A DNA stretch of 64,000 nucleotides from an uncultured Actinomycetes bacterium (GTDB taxonomy: Bacteria; Actinomycetota; Thermoleophilia; Gaiellales; Gaiellaceae): positions 28,535 to 92,534 of the forward strand of contig CAVTIQ010000004.1 of the NCBI GenBank assembly GCA_963734825.1, read 5' to 3'. A program made the position numbers and the translations under genes. This document shows, one piece after another, positions 38,308-48,465 of this stretch (the first letter of the stretch is position 1; each line of letters starts with the position of its first letter). The notes beneath the pieces were generated by a model that was not told where the DNA came from, did not search any database, and saw nothing but the letters and a program-made list of their open reading frames with translations.

Positions 38308-39601
38308 ATGGAGGATCGGAAGGAGTCCGGGGGGTCCCGGAAACGCCCAGTGGTCTTGGGCGTGCTAGCGCTTCTCGTGCTCGGAGCCGCGCTCGCGCTC
38401 GTCTCCGCGAGTAGCGGAAGCACCAGCAAGCCACAGACCGCCGCCGCCAAGCCGGTCGTGGTCATCAGCACCGGCAAGGGATTCGGCGAGGTGTACGCGG
38501 CGAAGAGGTCGACGCTCGCGCACACGCTCTTCAAGGCGAAGCTGCTCCCGAAGGACAAGATGTCGCGCAACATCGCGTTGGCCGGGCTCGGCCGTGCGGA
38601 CAGGAAGGTCAACGAGGCGCTGGCGCTCAAGTGCTGGAAGAACAACGGCTGTAGCACCGGGACGGGCGGCAAGCTCACCGTCGCGTATCTCGAGCAGTTC
38701 GGCGAGAACGTCTACCGGCAGATGTCGAAGATGGAGTTCATCCTCCAGGCGCTGACGTATCCGCAGGTCGGCGAGATCATCTACTCGAGCGCTCACAGTG
38801 GACTTCAACGAAGGCGTTCGCCGACTGGAAAGCGGCGATCGCCCAGGGTGTCGACCTGATCGTCACCTATCCGGACTTCGGCGACGCCATGATCCCGGTG
38901 ATGAAGCAGGCGACCGACGCCGGAATCCCCGTTGCGACGTATGCCTGGGGCTACGTCAGCGAGCCCGGCAAGAACTACCTGACGGTCGTCGGTGAGGACA
39001 CCTGCGCGATCGGCAAGACGTGGGCGTACGTCATGAACAACCGGGTCAAGTCCGGAAACATCGCCTTGCTCGGTGGCTTCCCGGGGAATCCGCTCTCGGC
39101 GGGCTGGCAGAAGTGCGAGCCGCCCGCGCTCAGATCGTCGATCGACGTCGTCGCGACGGAGCCCACCAACTGGGATCCCTCGAAGGTGCAGCAGGTCGTG
39201 GCCGGGATCCTCGCGAAGTATCCCGACATCAAGGGCTGGAGCTACGAGTACGGGCTCGGCATGGGCCAGGGCGGGTACGCGGCGTACAAGGCCGCGGGGA
39301 AGCCGTTCAACAGGGCGTCTTCACGTTCCGCACGGACGACGTCGGCATGGGCTGCCTCTTCAACCAGCTCAATGAACCCGAAGCTCGAGATGTACTACAC
39401 AGCTCCTTCAACTCGCATATCCGCGTCGCCTTCACGGCCGCGATGATGAAGCTGAAGGGGGCGAAGATCCCGCCCAAGATCGTGTTCCCGATCGAGCTGC
39501 AGAACCAGCGCGTGCGTGACTCCTGCGTCAAGGGGTATCCGCAGGAGGCATCTGCCACGTCGCTGATTCCGCTCAGCTTGCTCAAGAAGATGTACCCGTA
39601 G
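38308..39601 (+). pseudogene. ABC periplasmic sugar-binding-type lipoprotein/solute-binding protein with at least two (probably four) frameshifts
   Basis: Signal VVLGVLALLVLGAALALVSASSG. Frames run 1, 0, 2: ...GEIIYSSA(H) | QWTSTKAFADWKAAIAQGVDLIVTYPDFGDAMIPVMKQATDAGIPVATYAW... | GVFTFRTDDVGMGCLFNQL...SSFNSHIRVAFTAAMMKLKG... Jumps are at about 38794-38796 and 39312-39314. 1294 nt = 1296-2. Confidence 0.75.
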
Positions 39602-39692
39602 GAAGAACCGGAAACAGAAGAACCCGAACGATGTCGACTCCGGGGCCTGCAGGGGAAGCCACCTTTCCCCTGCGGGCCCTCTTTGGGAAGAC

Positions 39693-41258
39693 GTGGTGAG
39701 CCACGCTCCCGACGAAAGTGGGTCGTCGACCACCACCGTGCTCACTCTGCGCGGCGTGTCCAAGGCGTTCGGCGCGGTACAGGCGCTTCGTGACGTCAGC
39801 GTCGACTGCCGTGCCGGCGAGATCCACGCCCTCGTCGGGGAGAACGGGTCCGGGAAATCGACATTGCTCGGGATAGCCAGCGGGTTCCTCGCTCCCGACG
39901 AGGGCACCGTCGTCGATCGGGCGAGACGGAGCGCCGACGAGTCTCACCCGCCGAGAGCCGGAGGCTCGGTCTCGGCATCGCCTATCAGACCTACTCGCAC
40001 GTGTTGCACCTGTCGGTGGCCGAGAACCTCTACCTCGCGGCACCGTCCGACCTCCGACCGACGTACGGACGCATGGATCGATGGGCGGCCGACCGGCTGG
40101 CCGAGTTCGATCTCGACATCTCGCCGACCGCGCCGACGGGGGCGCTGTCACTCGCGGAGAGACAGCTCCTCGAGGTCGTCAAGGCACTGCTGGCTCAGCC
40201 GAAGGTGCTGCTTCTCGACGAGCCGACGACAGCGCTCGGGCCCGAGGACGTCGACCGACTGCACGCGCTGGTTCACGAGCGGAGCCGCGCCGGCGTCGGG
40301 ATCGTCTACGTCAGCCACCGGCTTCCCGAGGTTCTCGGCATCGCCGATCGGATAAGCGTTCTCCGCGACGGCGTGTGCCAGGGGACGTTCGAGGCGGCCT
40401 CGATGTCGGAGGAGAGCCTCGTCGCTCTGATGATCGGACGTCCACTCCAGCTTGCGTTTCCGCGAGCGACACGACCGCGAGGAGCGACGCGACGTGCTGC
40501 TCACGGTCTCGGGACTACGGGGTGACCGGTTCGGGCCGATCGACCTCGAGGTGGCGAGCGGCGAGATCGTCGGAATCGCGGGCGCGGAGGGTAACGGGCA
40601 GGTCCAGTTCCTCCGAGCGCTCGCCGGCGCGGAGCGGGCCACGGGGACGGCGACCTGCGACGGGAAGCAGCTCGACTCGAGCTCGCCGGTCGGACCACTC
40701 CGCGCCGGAGTCGTGCTGCTGAGCGGCGACCGCGTGTCCGAGTCGCTCTTCCCCGTTCTGAGCGTCCGAGTGAACTCGACGATTCAGGTGCTGCGCCGGC
40801 TCGGAGGCTTCGGGCTCCTCAGTCGCAGACGCGAGCGGCGCGTGGTCGACGACCTCGTGCAGCGCCTCAGCATTCGAACGGCGTCGATCGAGCAGTCGGT
40901 GCAAACGCTCTCGGGCGGAAATCAGCAGAAGGTCTCGCTCACGCGACCGTTCCTGCGCGGTGACGTCAAGGTCATCCTCGCCGAGGAGCCGACGCAGGGC
41001 GTCGACGTCGCCGCACGGTTCGACATCTACGGCGCTTTGCGCGAAAAGGCGAAGGAGGGGGTCGCAACGATCGTCAAGTCGAGCGACCCGCTCGAGCTCG
41101 CCGGCCTCTGCGACCGCGTCGTCGTGATGTCGCGCGGAAAGATCGTCGAGGAGATCCCGGGCGACGAGCTCGGGGAGCGCCGGATCGTCGAAGCGATCGT
41201 GGGCTCGCGGGCCGGTGCCCGAGAGACGGCACCCGAAGGGTCGGACCGGTCGGAGTGA
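39693..41258 (+). pseudogene. ABC sugar-type ATPase with tandem nucleotide-binding domains (RbsA/MglA-like), two frameshifts (-1 near 39915-39917, +1 at 40463)
   Basis: GENGSGKSTL (Walker A) | ...GLGIAYQTYSHVLHLSVAENL...LSLAERQLLEVVKAL...LLLDEPTTAL | ERHDREERRDVLLTVSGL...GAEGNGQ...LSGGNQQKV...ILAEEPTQGVD. Spread over three track ORFs (39693, 40001, 40452). Net length 1566 = 522 codons. Confidence 0.85.
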
Positions 41259-41271
41259 GGATCGTGCGTCG

Positions 41272-42279
41272 ATGAGGCTCGGCAGGTTCAGCGGCGCGTT
41301 GCCGCTCGTCCTGATGACCGTGCTGATCGTCGCCGTCGGTGCCTTTGCGACCGTCCGTCAGGACGCCTTCCTCACGAGCTTCAACCTCAACAACCTGCTC
41401 CTCCTGACTCTGCCGTTGGCATTCGTCTCCCTTGGACAGACGTTCGCCCTCCTCGTCGGCGGATTCGACGTCTCGGTGGCGGCGCTCATGACGTTCTGCG
41501 TCGTCGTCGCGTCCTACACGCTGTCGTACGACACGTCGGGATGGAAGCTGTTTCCCGGAGCCCTGGTGGTCGTCGCGGTGGGACTGGCGACCGGGGTCTT
41601 CAACGCCGTCCTCGTCTGCGTCCTGAAGCTTCCGTCGATCATCGCCACGCTCGGGACGTTCAGCATCCTCGAAGGCGCGTCGCTTCTTCTCCGCGATCAT
41701 CCCGAGGGCCCCATCTCGAGCGACGTCATCAGCGGTCTCACGAAGGACGTCAGCTTCGTCCCGATCGCCTTCATCGTCGTCGTCGTGCTGGCCATCCTCG
41801 GCGACGTGTGCCTCTATCGAACGCGCGCGGGCCTGGCGCTCCGGGCGGTCGGCCTCGACGAGACGTCATCGCGTCGGCTCGGCATGGCAACCGGCCGCAT
41901 GGTGTTCCTCGCCTTCGTCATGTGCTCCGTGATGGCGTCGCTCGCTGGTTTCTTCCTCGCGGCCCAGGTCCAGATCGGCTCGCCGCTCATCGGCAACTTC
42001 GGGCTCGAGAGCATCGCTTGCGCCGTCCTCGGCGGAGCGAGCCTCGCGGGAGGTAGAGGATCCTTCGTCGGGGCGCTGCTGGCGGCGCTCTTCCTCTCGC
42101 TGATCGACAACGTCCTGCCGCTGTTCCACCAGCCGACGGAGTACGCGGAGATAACGATCGGCGCACTGATCCTGCTGGCGCTCGTGCTCTACCAGGGCCC
42201 CGAGCTTCTCGCCCGCCTCCGCACGAGCTGGGGAGGCGTCGGCCGCCTACAGGCCGGCGAGGAGGAAGCGCCGGGCTGA
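41272..42279 (+). CDS. ABC sugar-type permease (BPD_transp_2), intact
   Basis: ATG at 41272 inside track ORF 41215..42279. 335 aa, about 9-10 TM, with GGFDVSVAA and TRAGLALRAVGLDETSSRRLG motifs like the first permease. Confidence 0.8.
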   Translation: MRLGRFSGALPLVLMTVLIVAVGAFATVRQDAFLTSFNLNNLLLLTLPLAFVSLGQTFALLVGGFDVSVAALMTFCVVVASYTLSYDTSGWKLFPGALVVVAVGLATGVFNAVLVCVLKLPSIIATLGTFSILEGASLLLRDHPEGPISSDVISGLTKDVSFVPIAFIVVVVLAILGDVCLYRTRAGLALRAVGLDETSSRRLGMATGRMVFLAFVMCSVMASLAGFFLAAQVQIGSPLIGNFGLESIACAVLGGASLAGGRGSFVGALLAALFLSLIDNVLPLFHQPTEYAEITIGALILLALVLYQGPELLARLRTSWGGVGRLQAGEEEAPG

Positions 42280-42309
42280 CGGAGCTCGCCGGCCGGGACT
42301 TTCGACCGG

Positions 42310-42972
42310 TTAGTCGCCGGCCGGCGACAACCGAGCGGTTCCGGCGCGCGGATCGGCGTCCCTGCCGATGACCACCCAGATCGCATGGACGGGCTCGTCG
42401 CCGATCGCCCACAGCCGGTGCGGCGACGACGAGTCGAACGCGATCGACCCGCCCGGCCCCAGCTCGTACGCCTCGAAGCCGACCTGCACGCCGAGCATCC
42501 CGCTCGTGACGTAGCCGTACTCCTTGCCGCCGTGTGTCGTCAGCGCGTCCTCCGGGCACGACGCGGCTCCCACCGGATAGACGACGTAGAGGAACTCGAC
42601 GTCGCGATCGCTGTCACGGGTCAGCCGTTCCCAGCGTACGCCGGACGCGAGGTTGATCACCTGCCGCGTCTCCGGTCGCTCGGCCAAGCCGCTGCCGACC
42701 TGGGGAGGCACCCGCTCCTCGGTCGGTGAGTCGCCGAAGACATCGCTCATCGTCATGCCGAGCTCGGTGACGAGTGCGTAGAGGGTGCTGACCGACGGAT
42801 TCACGCGGTCGAGCTCGATCTGCGAGACGAGGCTCGGCGAGACTCCGACGCGACGCGCGAGCTCACGAAGTCCGATTCCGCGCCGCTCTCGTTCCGTGCG
42901 GAGGCGGCTGCCGACCTTCGACGCCTCGAAGTTGCGGTCGAGGGGTCCTGAGTGCGGCGCGGGGTCGCTCAT
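42310..42972 (-). CDS. XRE-family HTH regulator with C-terminal cupin domain
   Basis: LRTERERRGIGLRELARRVGVSPSLVSQIELDRVNPSVSTLYALVTELG (HTH_3) plus GKEYGYVTSGMLGV...GGSIAFDSSSPHRLW (cupin_2). Confidence 0.85.
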   Translation of the reverse strand: MSDPAPHSGPLDRNFEASKVGSRLRTERERRGIGLRELARRVGVSPSLVSQIELDRVNPSVSTLYALVTELGMTMSDVFGDSPTEERVPPQVGSGLAERPETRQVINLASGVRWERLTRDSDRDVEFLYVVYPVGAASCPEDALTTHGGKEYGYVTSGMLGVQVGFEAYELGPGGSIAFDSSSPHRLWAIGDEPVHAIWVVIGRDADPRAGTARLSPAGD

Positions 42973-42991
42973 CGAGAGGAGGTCTCCTGCA

Positions 42992-43969
42992 TCACGTTCG
43001 CTCTACCGCAGGCGATGCCGTATCTCCGGTCGCGATCCGGTCCGGCCCCGGCAGGAACGCGTCCTCGAGCGGCGGGCTGTACGGGATGGGCGTGTCAGGT
43101 GTGGCGATGCGCCAGGCGTCGTCGAGGTAGCCGAGCGCGTGCTCCGTGACGGAGGCGAGCACCTCGCCCGCCCAGCCGCCCGTCAGCGGCCCTTCCTCGA
43201 CGACCACGATCCGGCCGGTCTTTCGAACGGAGGTGAGGACGGTCTCGAGGTCGAACGGGCGAAGCGTTCGCAGGTCGATCACCTCGACCGACACTCGATC
43301 CTCCTCGAGGGCGTCCGCCGCCTCGAGGCCGTCGTGGACGCTCTTCATCGCGGCGACGAGCGTGATGTCGCTCCCCTCACGAACCACCGCTGCCTCTCCG
43401 AGTCGGCCGTGCCCGCCGTCGACTTCGCCCTCGAGCGTGTACAGGCGCTTGTGCTCGAAGAAGAGCACCGGGTTGTCGTCGCGGATGGCGGCCTTCAGCA
43501 GCGCCTTCGCGTCGGCCGGCGTGGACGGGCACGCGATCTTGAGCCCTGGCACGCCCATGAACCACGACACGGGCATCTGCGAGTGAATGGCGCCGAAGCG
43601 TCCCCCGGCTCCGACGACGGACCGGACCACGAGCGGGACGCTGACCTGCTCCTGCGTCAGGAACCAGTACTTCGTCGACTGGTTGACGAGGCTGTCCATC
43701 GCGAGCGTGAGGAAGTCGCCGAACATGATCTCGATCACCGGTCGGAGGCCGTGCACAGCCGACCCGAACGCGGCGCCGGCAAGCGCGAGCTCGGAGATCG
43801 GCGTGTCGAAGACTCGCTCGGGGCCGTACTTGTCGTAGAGGCCGGTCGTCGTCGCGAACACGCCGCCCGCAACGGCGACGTCCTCGCCGAAGAGGATCAC
43901 CCGCTCGTCGGCGGCAAGCTCTTCGTCGAGCGCATCGCGGATCGCGGTGCGAAAGGCGAGTGTCGGCAT
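42992..43969 (-). CDS. 2-oxoacid (pyruvate/acetoin/branched-chain) dehydrogenase E1 component, beta subunit
   Basis: AIRDALDEELAADERVILFGEDV...GVFATTTGLYDKYGPERVFDTPISE...EIMFGDF. 325 aa. Confidence 0.9.
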   Translation of the reverse strand: MPTLAFRTAIRDALDEELAADERVILFGEDVAVAGGVFATTTGLYDKYGPERVFDTPISELALAGAAFGSAVHGLRPVIEIMFGDFLTLAMDSLVNQSTKYWFLTQEQVSVPLVVRSVVGAGGRFGAIHSQMPVSWFMGVPGLKIACPSTPADAKALLKAAIRDDNPVLFFEHKRLYTLEGEVDGGHGRLGEAAVVREGSDITLVAAMKSVHDGLEAADALEEDRVSVEVIDLRTLRPFDLETVLTSVRKTGRIVVVEEGPLTGGWAGEVLASVTEHALGYLDDAWRIATPDTPIPYSPPLEDAFLPGPDRIATGDTASPAVERT

Positions 43970-43987
43970 GTCAGTTTCCTCGTTTCA

Positions 43988-45172
43988 TCACAGGAGCAAC
44001 AGCGGTCGCTCCAGCAACTCGCGTAGCCGGGACAGGAACTCCGCACCGTGGGCGCCGTAGACGACCCGGTGATCGCAGGTGAGGTTGACGGTCATGAGGT
44101 CGCGGAAGCTGAAGCCGTCGGTGCCGTCTTCGAACGGCGCGCGCCGCGCCGCGCCGACGGCGAGAATCGCGACCTGGGGTAGGTCGATGATCGCGGTGAA
44201 CGAGCGGACGCCGAGCATGCCGAGATTCGAGACCGTGAACGTGCCGTGCTGCAGGTCCTCCGGGCCGAGCGATCGACGACGTGCGGCCTCGGCGAGGCGT
44301 CTCGTGTCCGCGGCGATCTCGGCCAGCGACTTCTCATCCGCGTCCGAGACGACGGGCACGAGCAACGCGTCGTCCGTGGCAACGGCGATCCCGACGTTGA
44401 TGCGTGAGTAGCACTCGATCTTGCCGTCGACCCACGAGGCGTTGAACCGGGGGAACTCGCGCAGCGTTCTGGCCGCCGCCTTCACCACGAAGTCGTTGAG
44501 CGACGGGCCGCTGTCGCCCTCGGTGCGTGCCCCGCGCCGCAACGCGGCGATGAGCGACACATCGATGTCGGCCGAAACCGTGAAGCACGGAACCGTGGTC
44601 GCCGACTCGACCATCCGGCGCGCGATCGTCGATTGCGTCGTCGACAGCTCGACGATGCGGACGTCGCCTCTCCCGGTCGTCGTACCGTGCGGCGCGCTCG
44701 CGTCACCAGTGGATGCAGCTCTCGTCACGTCGTCACCTGTGATGCGGCCGCCGGGGCCAGTTCCGGTGATGCCGTGCAGCGAGACGCCGAGCTCGACCGC
44801 AGTCCGCTTCGCCACCGGCGTCGCGTTGGGGCGTTGTACGGGTGATCCGTCGCCGGAGGAGGGCGGCGGAGCTGGGGGGGTGACGGGGCGTAGTTCCGGC
44901 ACTTCGCGCGGCGGCTCGCTGCTCGCAGCGCGCTCGCCATTGGCCAGGGTCGCGATCGGATCGCCGACCGCCACGGTGGCTCCCTCCGGGACGAGGATCG
45001 AAGCGAGGGTGCCGGCCAGCTCGGCTTCGTAGACGACGGTCGCCTTGTCGGTCTCCACCTCGATCAGGCCGTCGCCCCGCTCGAAGGCATCGCCGGGCGA
45101 CTTCAGCCAGCGGATGATGACCGCGTCGGCCATCGAGTCGGACAGCTTCGGCATCGTCAGCTCATGGGCCAT
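43988..45172 (-). CDS. dihydrolipoamide acyltransferase (E2) of a 2-oxoacid dehydrogenase complex
   Basis: Lipoyl domain MPKLSDSMADAVIIRWL...EVETDKATV, subunit-binding domain ATPVAKRTAVELGVSLHGITGTGPGGRITGDDV, and catalytic LTCDHRVVYGAHGAEFL. Confidence 0.9.
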   Translation of the reverse strand: MAHELTMPKLSDSMADAVIIRWLKSPGDAFERGDGLIEVETDKATVVYEAELAGTLASILVPEGATVAVGDPIATLANGERAASSEPPREVPELRPVTPPAPPPSSGDGSPVQRPNATPVAKRTAVELGVSLHGITGTGPGGRITGDDVTRAASTGDASAPHGTTTGRGDVRIVELSTTQSTIARRMVESATTVPCFTVSADIDVSLIAALRRGARTEGDSGPSLNDFVVKAAARTLREFPRFNASWVDGKIECYSRINVGIAVATDDALLVPVVSDADEKSLAEIAADTRRLAEAARRRSLGPEDLQHGTFTVSNLGMLGVRSFTAIIDLPQVAILAVGAARRAPFEDGTDGFSFRDLMTVNLTCDHRVVYGAHGAEFLSRLRELLERPLLLL

Positions 45173-45179
45173 GACGGCG

Positions 45180-46160
45180 TCAGTCCTTGAACTCGCGAGA
45201 CGTCAGCTTGCTCGGGAACGGTGCCGCGAGGCCGCTCGCGCGCATTCGATCGAGCTCCCGTGTCATCTCACTCTCGAGCTCGTCGAGGTCCGCGGCGACG
45301 ACGCCCTCCGCCTCGAGCTGCGCGCGGAGGACGACGATCGGGTCCCGCGCGCGCCATTGCTCGAGCTCGCCTTCGGGTCGATATGCGCCGGGGTCGCTGC
45401 GCGAGTGTCCGACGAAGCGGTAGGTGATCGCCTCGAGGAACACCGGTCCGTCTCCCGCACGGGCATGGGCCACCGCTCGCTCGGCCGCCGCACGCACGGT
45501 CCACACGCTCATCCCGTCGATCGTCTCGGCGGGCACACCCATGACCTCCGCGCGCGCGCAGATCTCACCCGCGGTCACAGAGCGGTACGGCGTGTACTCG
45601 CCGTAGCCGTTGTTCTCGCAGACGAGGACGAGCGGCAGCTTGAAGACCTGACAGAAGTTGAGGCACTCGAAGACGTACCCCTGGTTCATCGTCCCGTCGC
45701 CGAAGTACGCGACCGCGACGCCGCCCGTGGTTCGCTTCAGCGCGAGGGCCGCTCCCGTCGCCGCCGCGATGCTCCCACCGACGATTCCGAACGAACCGAT
45801 GAGCCGATCGCCGGGCGAGTTCACGTTCATCGAGCCTGCGCGCCCGCCGTTGATACCGGACTCACGCCCGAGCATCTCGTCGAGCAGCGCCTGCGGGTCC
45901 ACACCGAGTGCCAGTGCGTGACCGTGCCCCCGATAGGTCGCCGCCACACGGTCGCGCTCTTCGAGGATGCTCGCGACACCGGTCGCGATCGCCTCCTGCC
46001 CGGAGTACAGATGCGTCGTTCCGTAGACCTCCCCCGCCAGGAAGAGCGACTGGACGAGCTCCTCGAAGCCGCGGATGAGGAGCATCTGCCGGTAGATCCG
46101 CGTGTACAGCTCGAGGTCGTCGAGGACTCCCGTTGCCGGCTGTTCCCTCACGACGTTCAT
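45180..46160 (-). CDS. 2-oxoacid dehydrogenase E1 component, alpha subunit (ThDP-binding)
   Basis: ATG at 46160 inside track ORF 45180..46982. YRQMLLIRGFEE...YRGHGHAL...GIVGG...YFGDGTMNQGYVFECLNF...VCENNGYG (GDG-X-NN ThDP motif). The upstream extension in the track is Arg/Pro-rich junk. Confidence 0.9.
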   Translation of the reverse strand: MNVVREQPATGVLDDLELYTRIYRQMLLIRGFEELVQSLFLAGEVYGTTHLYSGQEAIATGVASILEERDRVAATYRGHGHALALGVDPQALLDEMLGRESGINGGRAGSMNVNSPGDRLIGSFGIVGGSIAAATGAALALKRTTGGVAVAYFGDGTMNQGYVFECLNFCQVFKLPLVLVCENNGYGEYTPYRSVTAGEICARAEVMGVPAETIDGMSVWTVRAAAERAVAHARAGDGPVFLEAITYRFVGHSRSDPGAYRPEGELEQWRARDPIVVLRAQLEAEGVVAADLDELESEMTRELDRMRASGLAAPFPSKLTSREFKD

Positions 46161-47101
46161 CCGACACCTGCGTTCGACTCGGAGGCCAGGCGCTCGGCGA
46201 GGTAGCTCCAGTCTCGCTCGTGACGGTACGAGTGGCGCGGAGGAGGCCCGGGCGCCGAGGTCTCGAGCCACCGCACCGTCCGTCCCTCCGTCTCGTAGAA
46301 GGCATGCACGCAACCGGTTCCGGTCCAGAAGGCGTCGCCGGGCCGGAGCGTGTACCGGTCTCCGTCCGCGACGACGTCGACCTCGCCCTCGAGCATGTAG
46401 TAGGACTCCTCGAACGGGTGGTCGTGAGGGTTGGCGCAGGCTCTCGGCTGGTAGTCGACCATGAACATCGTGTGGAGCTGCGCATCCAGGCGCTGGTCGA
46501 CGAGCATCTTCACGGCGATCCCGCTGTAGGCGAGAACGGCGGTCGCCATGCTCCCCGACACCGTCGGCGCACCCATCGCCTGGCCGCTCTTCAGGCGATC
46601 GAGGTCCGTCTCGCCTTCGGTCAGCAGGAAGAGGTTGTGGTTGCGCGGGTCGCGCGCGTCGAGCTCGGCGGCGGAACCATTCGGCGCCGGTCCCAGGAAG
46701 AACGTGTCGCTTGCGTCGACGCGCGGCCGCGGCGAGGCCATCTCGATCCACAGCGCGCTCTCGGTGGAGCGAAACGCATGGGGCGTTCCCACGGGTATCG
46801 CGCCGCACGCGCCGGGCCGGAGCCTCACGCCGCGCCCTTCCAGGTAGAGCACCGGCTCGCCCTCGAGCACGTAGAAGCTCGTCTCGAAGGAGTGCAGGTG
46901 CTCGTCGACATGGCCGTCGACGAGCGAGACCAGCGTCAGCGCCATGTGCGTCGAGCCGAGCGTGCCGTCGACGAGCCGGCACGCCGTCAAGCCGCTCGAG
47001 CGGCCGGGCAGGGCGTCGGCGAGCTCGATGTCCTCGCGCCGGACGAGGCGATATCCCGGCCGCCCGTCCGCGAGCTCGCGGGTTCCCGTGTCGCCGGTCA
47101 C
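46157..47101 (-). CDS. bicupin protein (two metal-type cupin barrels), function unknown
   Basis: GTG 47101 (GTGA overlap with the M24 stop). Cupin 1 is GHVDEHLHSFETSFYVLEGE...GAIPVGTPHAF. Cupin 2 is NPHDHPFEESYYMLEGEV...TGTGCVHAF. The stop overlaps the E1alpha ATG (ATGA). Confidence 0.75.
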   Translation of the reverse strand: MTGDTGTRELADGRPGYRLVRREDIELADALPGRSSGLTACRLVDGTLGSTHMALTLVSLVDGHVDEHLHSFETSFYVLEGEPVLYLEGRGVRLRPGACGAIPVGTPHAFRSTESALWIEMASPRPRVDASDTFFLGPAPNGSAAELDARDPRNHNLFLLTEGETDLDRLKSGQAMGAPTVSGSMATAVLAYSGIAVKMLVDQRLDAQLHTMFMVDYQPRACANPHDHPFEESYYMLEGEVDVVADGDRYTLRPGDAFWTGTGCVHAFYETEGRTVRWLETSAPGPPPRHSYRHERDWSYLAERLASESNAGVG

Positions 47102-48465
47102 CGCGGTACGGCCGCCGGCTCGACGACGGCGGAAGATGCGACGGCCGCCGCGAGACCCGGAGTGCCGTCGCGCTTGCCGTCGTCGGGCTCCTTGATGAGA
47201 TCGGCGCCGCGCACGTACTGGCGGCCTGCGACCAGCAGCTCGTCGGCCGGGAAGCGCGTGATCACATCGCAGCCGGTCGCCGTCACGACGACCTCTTCCT
47301 CGATTCGCGCCGCCGACCGGCCGTCCGTCGCGGCGCAGTACGTCTCGAGGGCGAAGACCATTCCTTCCTCGAGCGCGACCGGGTGCTCGAGGGAGTGGAC
47401 GCGCGAGATCATCGGAGACTCGTAGAGCCCCACGCCGATCCCGTGCCCGAACTGGAGGCCGAAGCAGGTCTCCTCGTCCGGGAAGCCGAGCTCCGCGGCG
47501 GTCGGCCACACCTCCGCGATCTTGTCCGTCGTCATGCCCGGCCGAACGAGCCCGATCGCCGCGTCGAGCCATTCGCGGCACTGCTTGTAGGCATCGAGCT
47601 GCGCGTGGCTGACGCCACCCACGTTGAACGTGCGGTAGTAGCACGTTCGGTAGCCCATGAACGAGTGGATGATGTCGAAGAACGCCTGGTCTCCCGGCCG
47701 CAGCAGCCGGTCGGAGAAGACGTGGGGATGCGGGTTGCAGCGGTCGCCCGAGACGGCGTTGACCGCCTCCACCTGCTCCGAGCCCATCTCGAACAGAAGC
47801 TGATGCGCGCGGGCCACGATCTCGTGCTCGTAGACGCCGGGCCGCAGCATCCGGTAGATCTCCTCGTAGACCGCGTCGACGAGCCCGGCGGACTGGTCGA
47901 GAAGCGTGATCTCCTGGTCGGTCTTGATCTTGCGTGCCTCGAGGAGCACCTGGGATCCGTCTGTGATCTGCACTCCGGCGCGTTGCAGCGCCTCGATCGT
48001 GACGAGGTCCGCCATGTCGATTCCGAGCGGCTCGTCCTGGAGGCCGGCCTCGCGCAGCTCGTGCGCGATCTTCGCACCGAGCCGGTCCGGGACCCCGGTC
48101 TCGACGGGCATCGCGCCGCGCATCGGCGAGACGCCGGCGCGGAAGTTCTCCGGCGGGAGCCAGGGCGCGAACAGCTGGTGGTGGCGGGCGGCGGACCCGA
48201 AGTCCCAGAGGATCGGGTCAGCACCGCGCATCAGCAGCGTGAAACGCGCGTTCTTGTCCCGCGCCCACTCGCCGATGTGCGTGCTCGTGACATAGCGGAT
48301 GTTGTTCGGGTCGAAGAGGAGCACCGCCCCGAGGTCCGAGGCCTCGAGGGACGCTTTGGCTCGGTCGAGACGCTCCTGGCGCAGTCGCGGGAAGTCGATA
48401 CGTTGCTCCCAGTCCACTGCGCGCGTCGCGTCGGGGGAGCCGACGGTCCTGCTTCGCGTGGTCAC
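47098..48465 (-). CDS. M24-family metallohydrolase (creatinase/Xaa-Pro peptidase fold with creatinase-type N-domain)
   Basis: AGGAGG then 7 nt then GTG 48465. LLFDPNNIRYVTS (creatinase_N), then the pita-bread motifs FFDIIHSF.GY..., GHGIGVGLYESP, MVFALETY, IEEEVVVT. Confidence 0.8.
   Translation of the reverse strand: MTTRSRTVGSPDATRAVDWEQRIDFPRLRQERLDRAKASLEASDLGAVLLFDPNNIRYVTSTHIGEWARDKNARFTLLMRGADPILWDFGSAARHHQLFAPWLPPENFRAGVSPMRGAMPVETGVPDRLGAKIAHELREAGLQDEPLGIDMADLVTIEALQRAGVQITDGSQVLLEARKIKTDQEITLLDQSAGLVDAVYEEIYRMLRPGVYEHEIVARAHQLLFEMGSEQVEAVNAVSGDRCNPHPHVFSDRLLRPGDQAFFDIIHSFMGYRTCYYRTFNVGGVSHAQLDAYKQCREWLDAAIGLVRPGMTTDKIAEVWPTAAELGFPDEETCFGLQFGHGIGVGLYESPMISRVHSLEHPVALEEGMVFALETYCAATDGRSAARIEEEVVVTATGCDVITRFPADELLVAGRQYVRGADLIKEPDDGKRDGTPGLAAAVASSAVVEPAAVPR

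Noticed and set aside
42288-42330. Terminator hairpin between ABC permease 2 and the XRE-cupin gene (GCCGGCCGG ... CCGGCCGGC)
   Set aside because: The 9-bp GC stem has a loop of about 20 nt and no U tract. The CCGGCCGG core is self-complementary and common in this GC-rich DNA. Too weak to call.
47098-48465. Assigning the M24 enzyme (with the cupin) specifically to DMSP lyase (DddP/cupin Ddd), ectoine hydrolase or creatinase
   Set aside because: Only the generic creatinase_N and pita-bread fold motifs can be seen by eye. Without alignment to characterised members, any substrate assignment would be a guess. The idea is kept only as a test suggestion.
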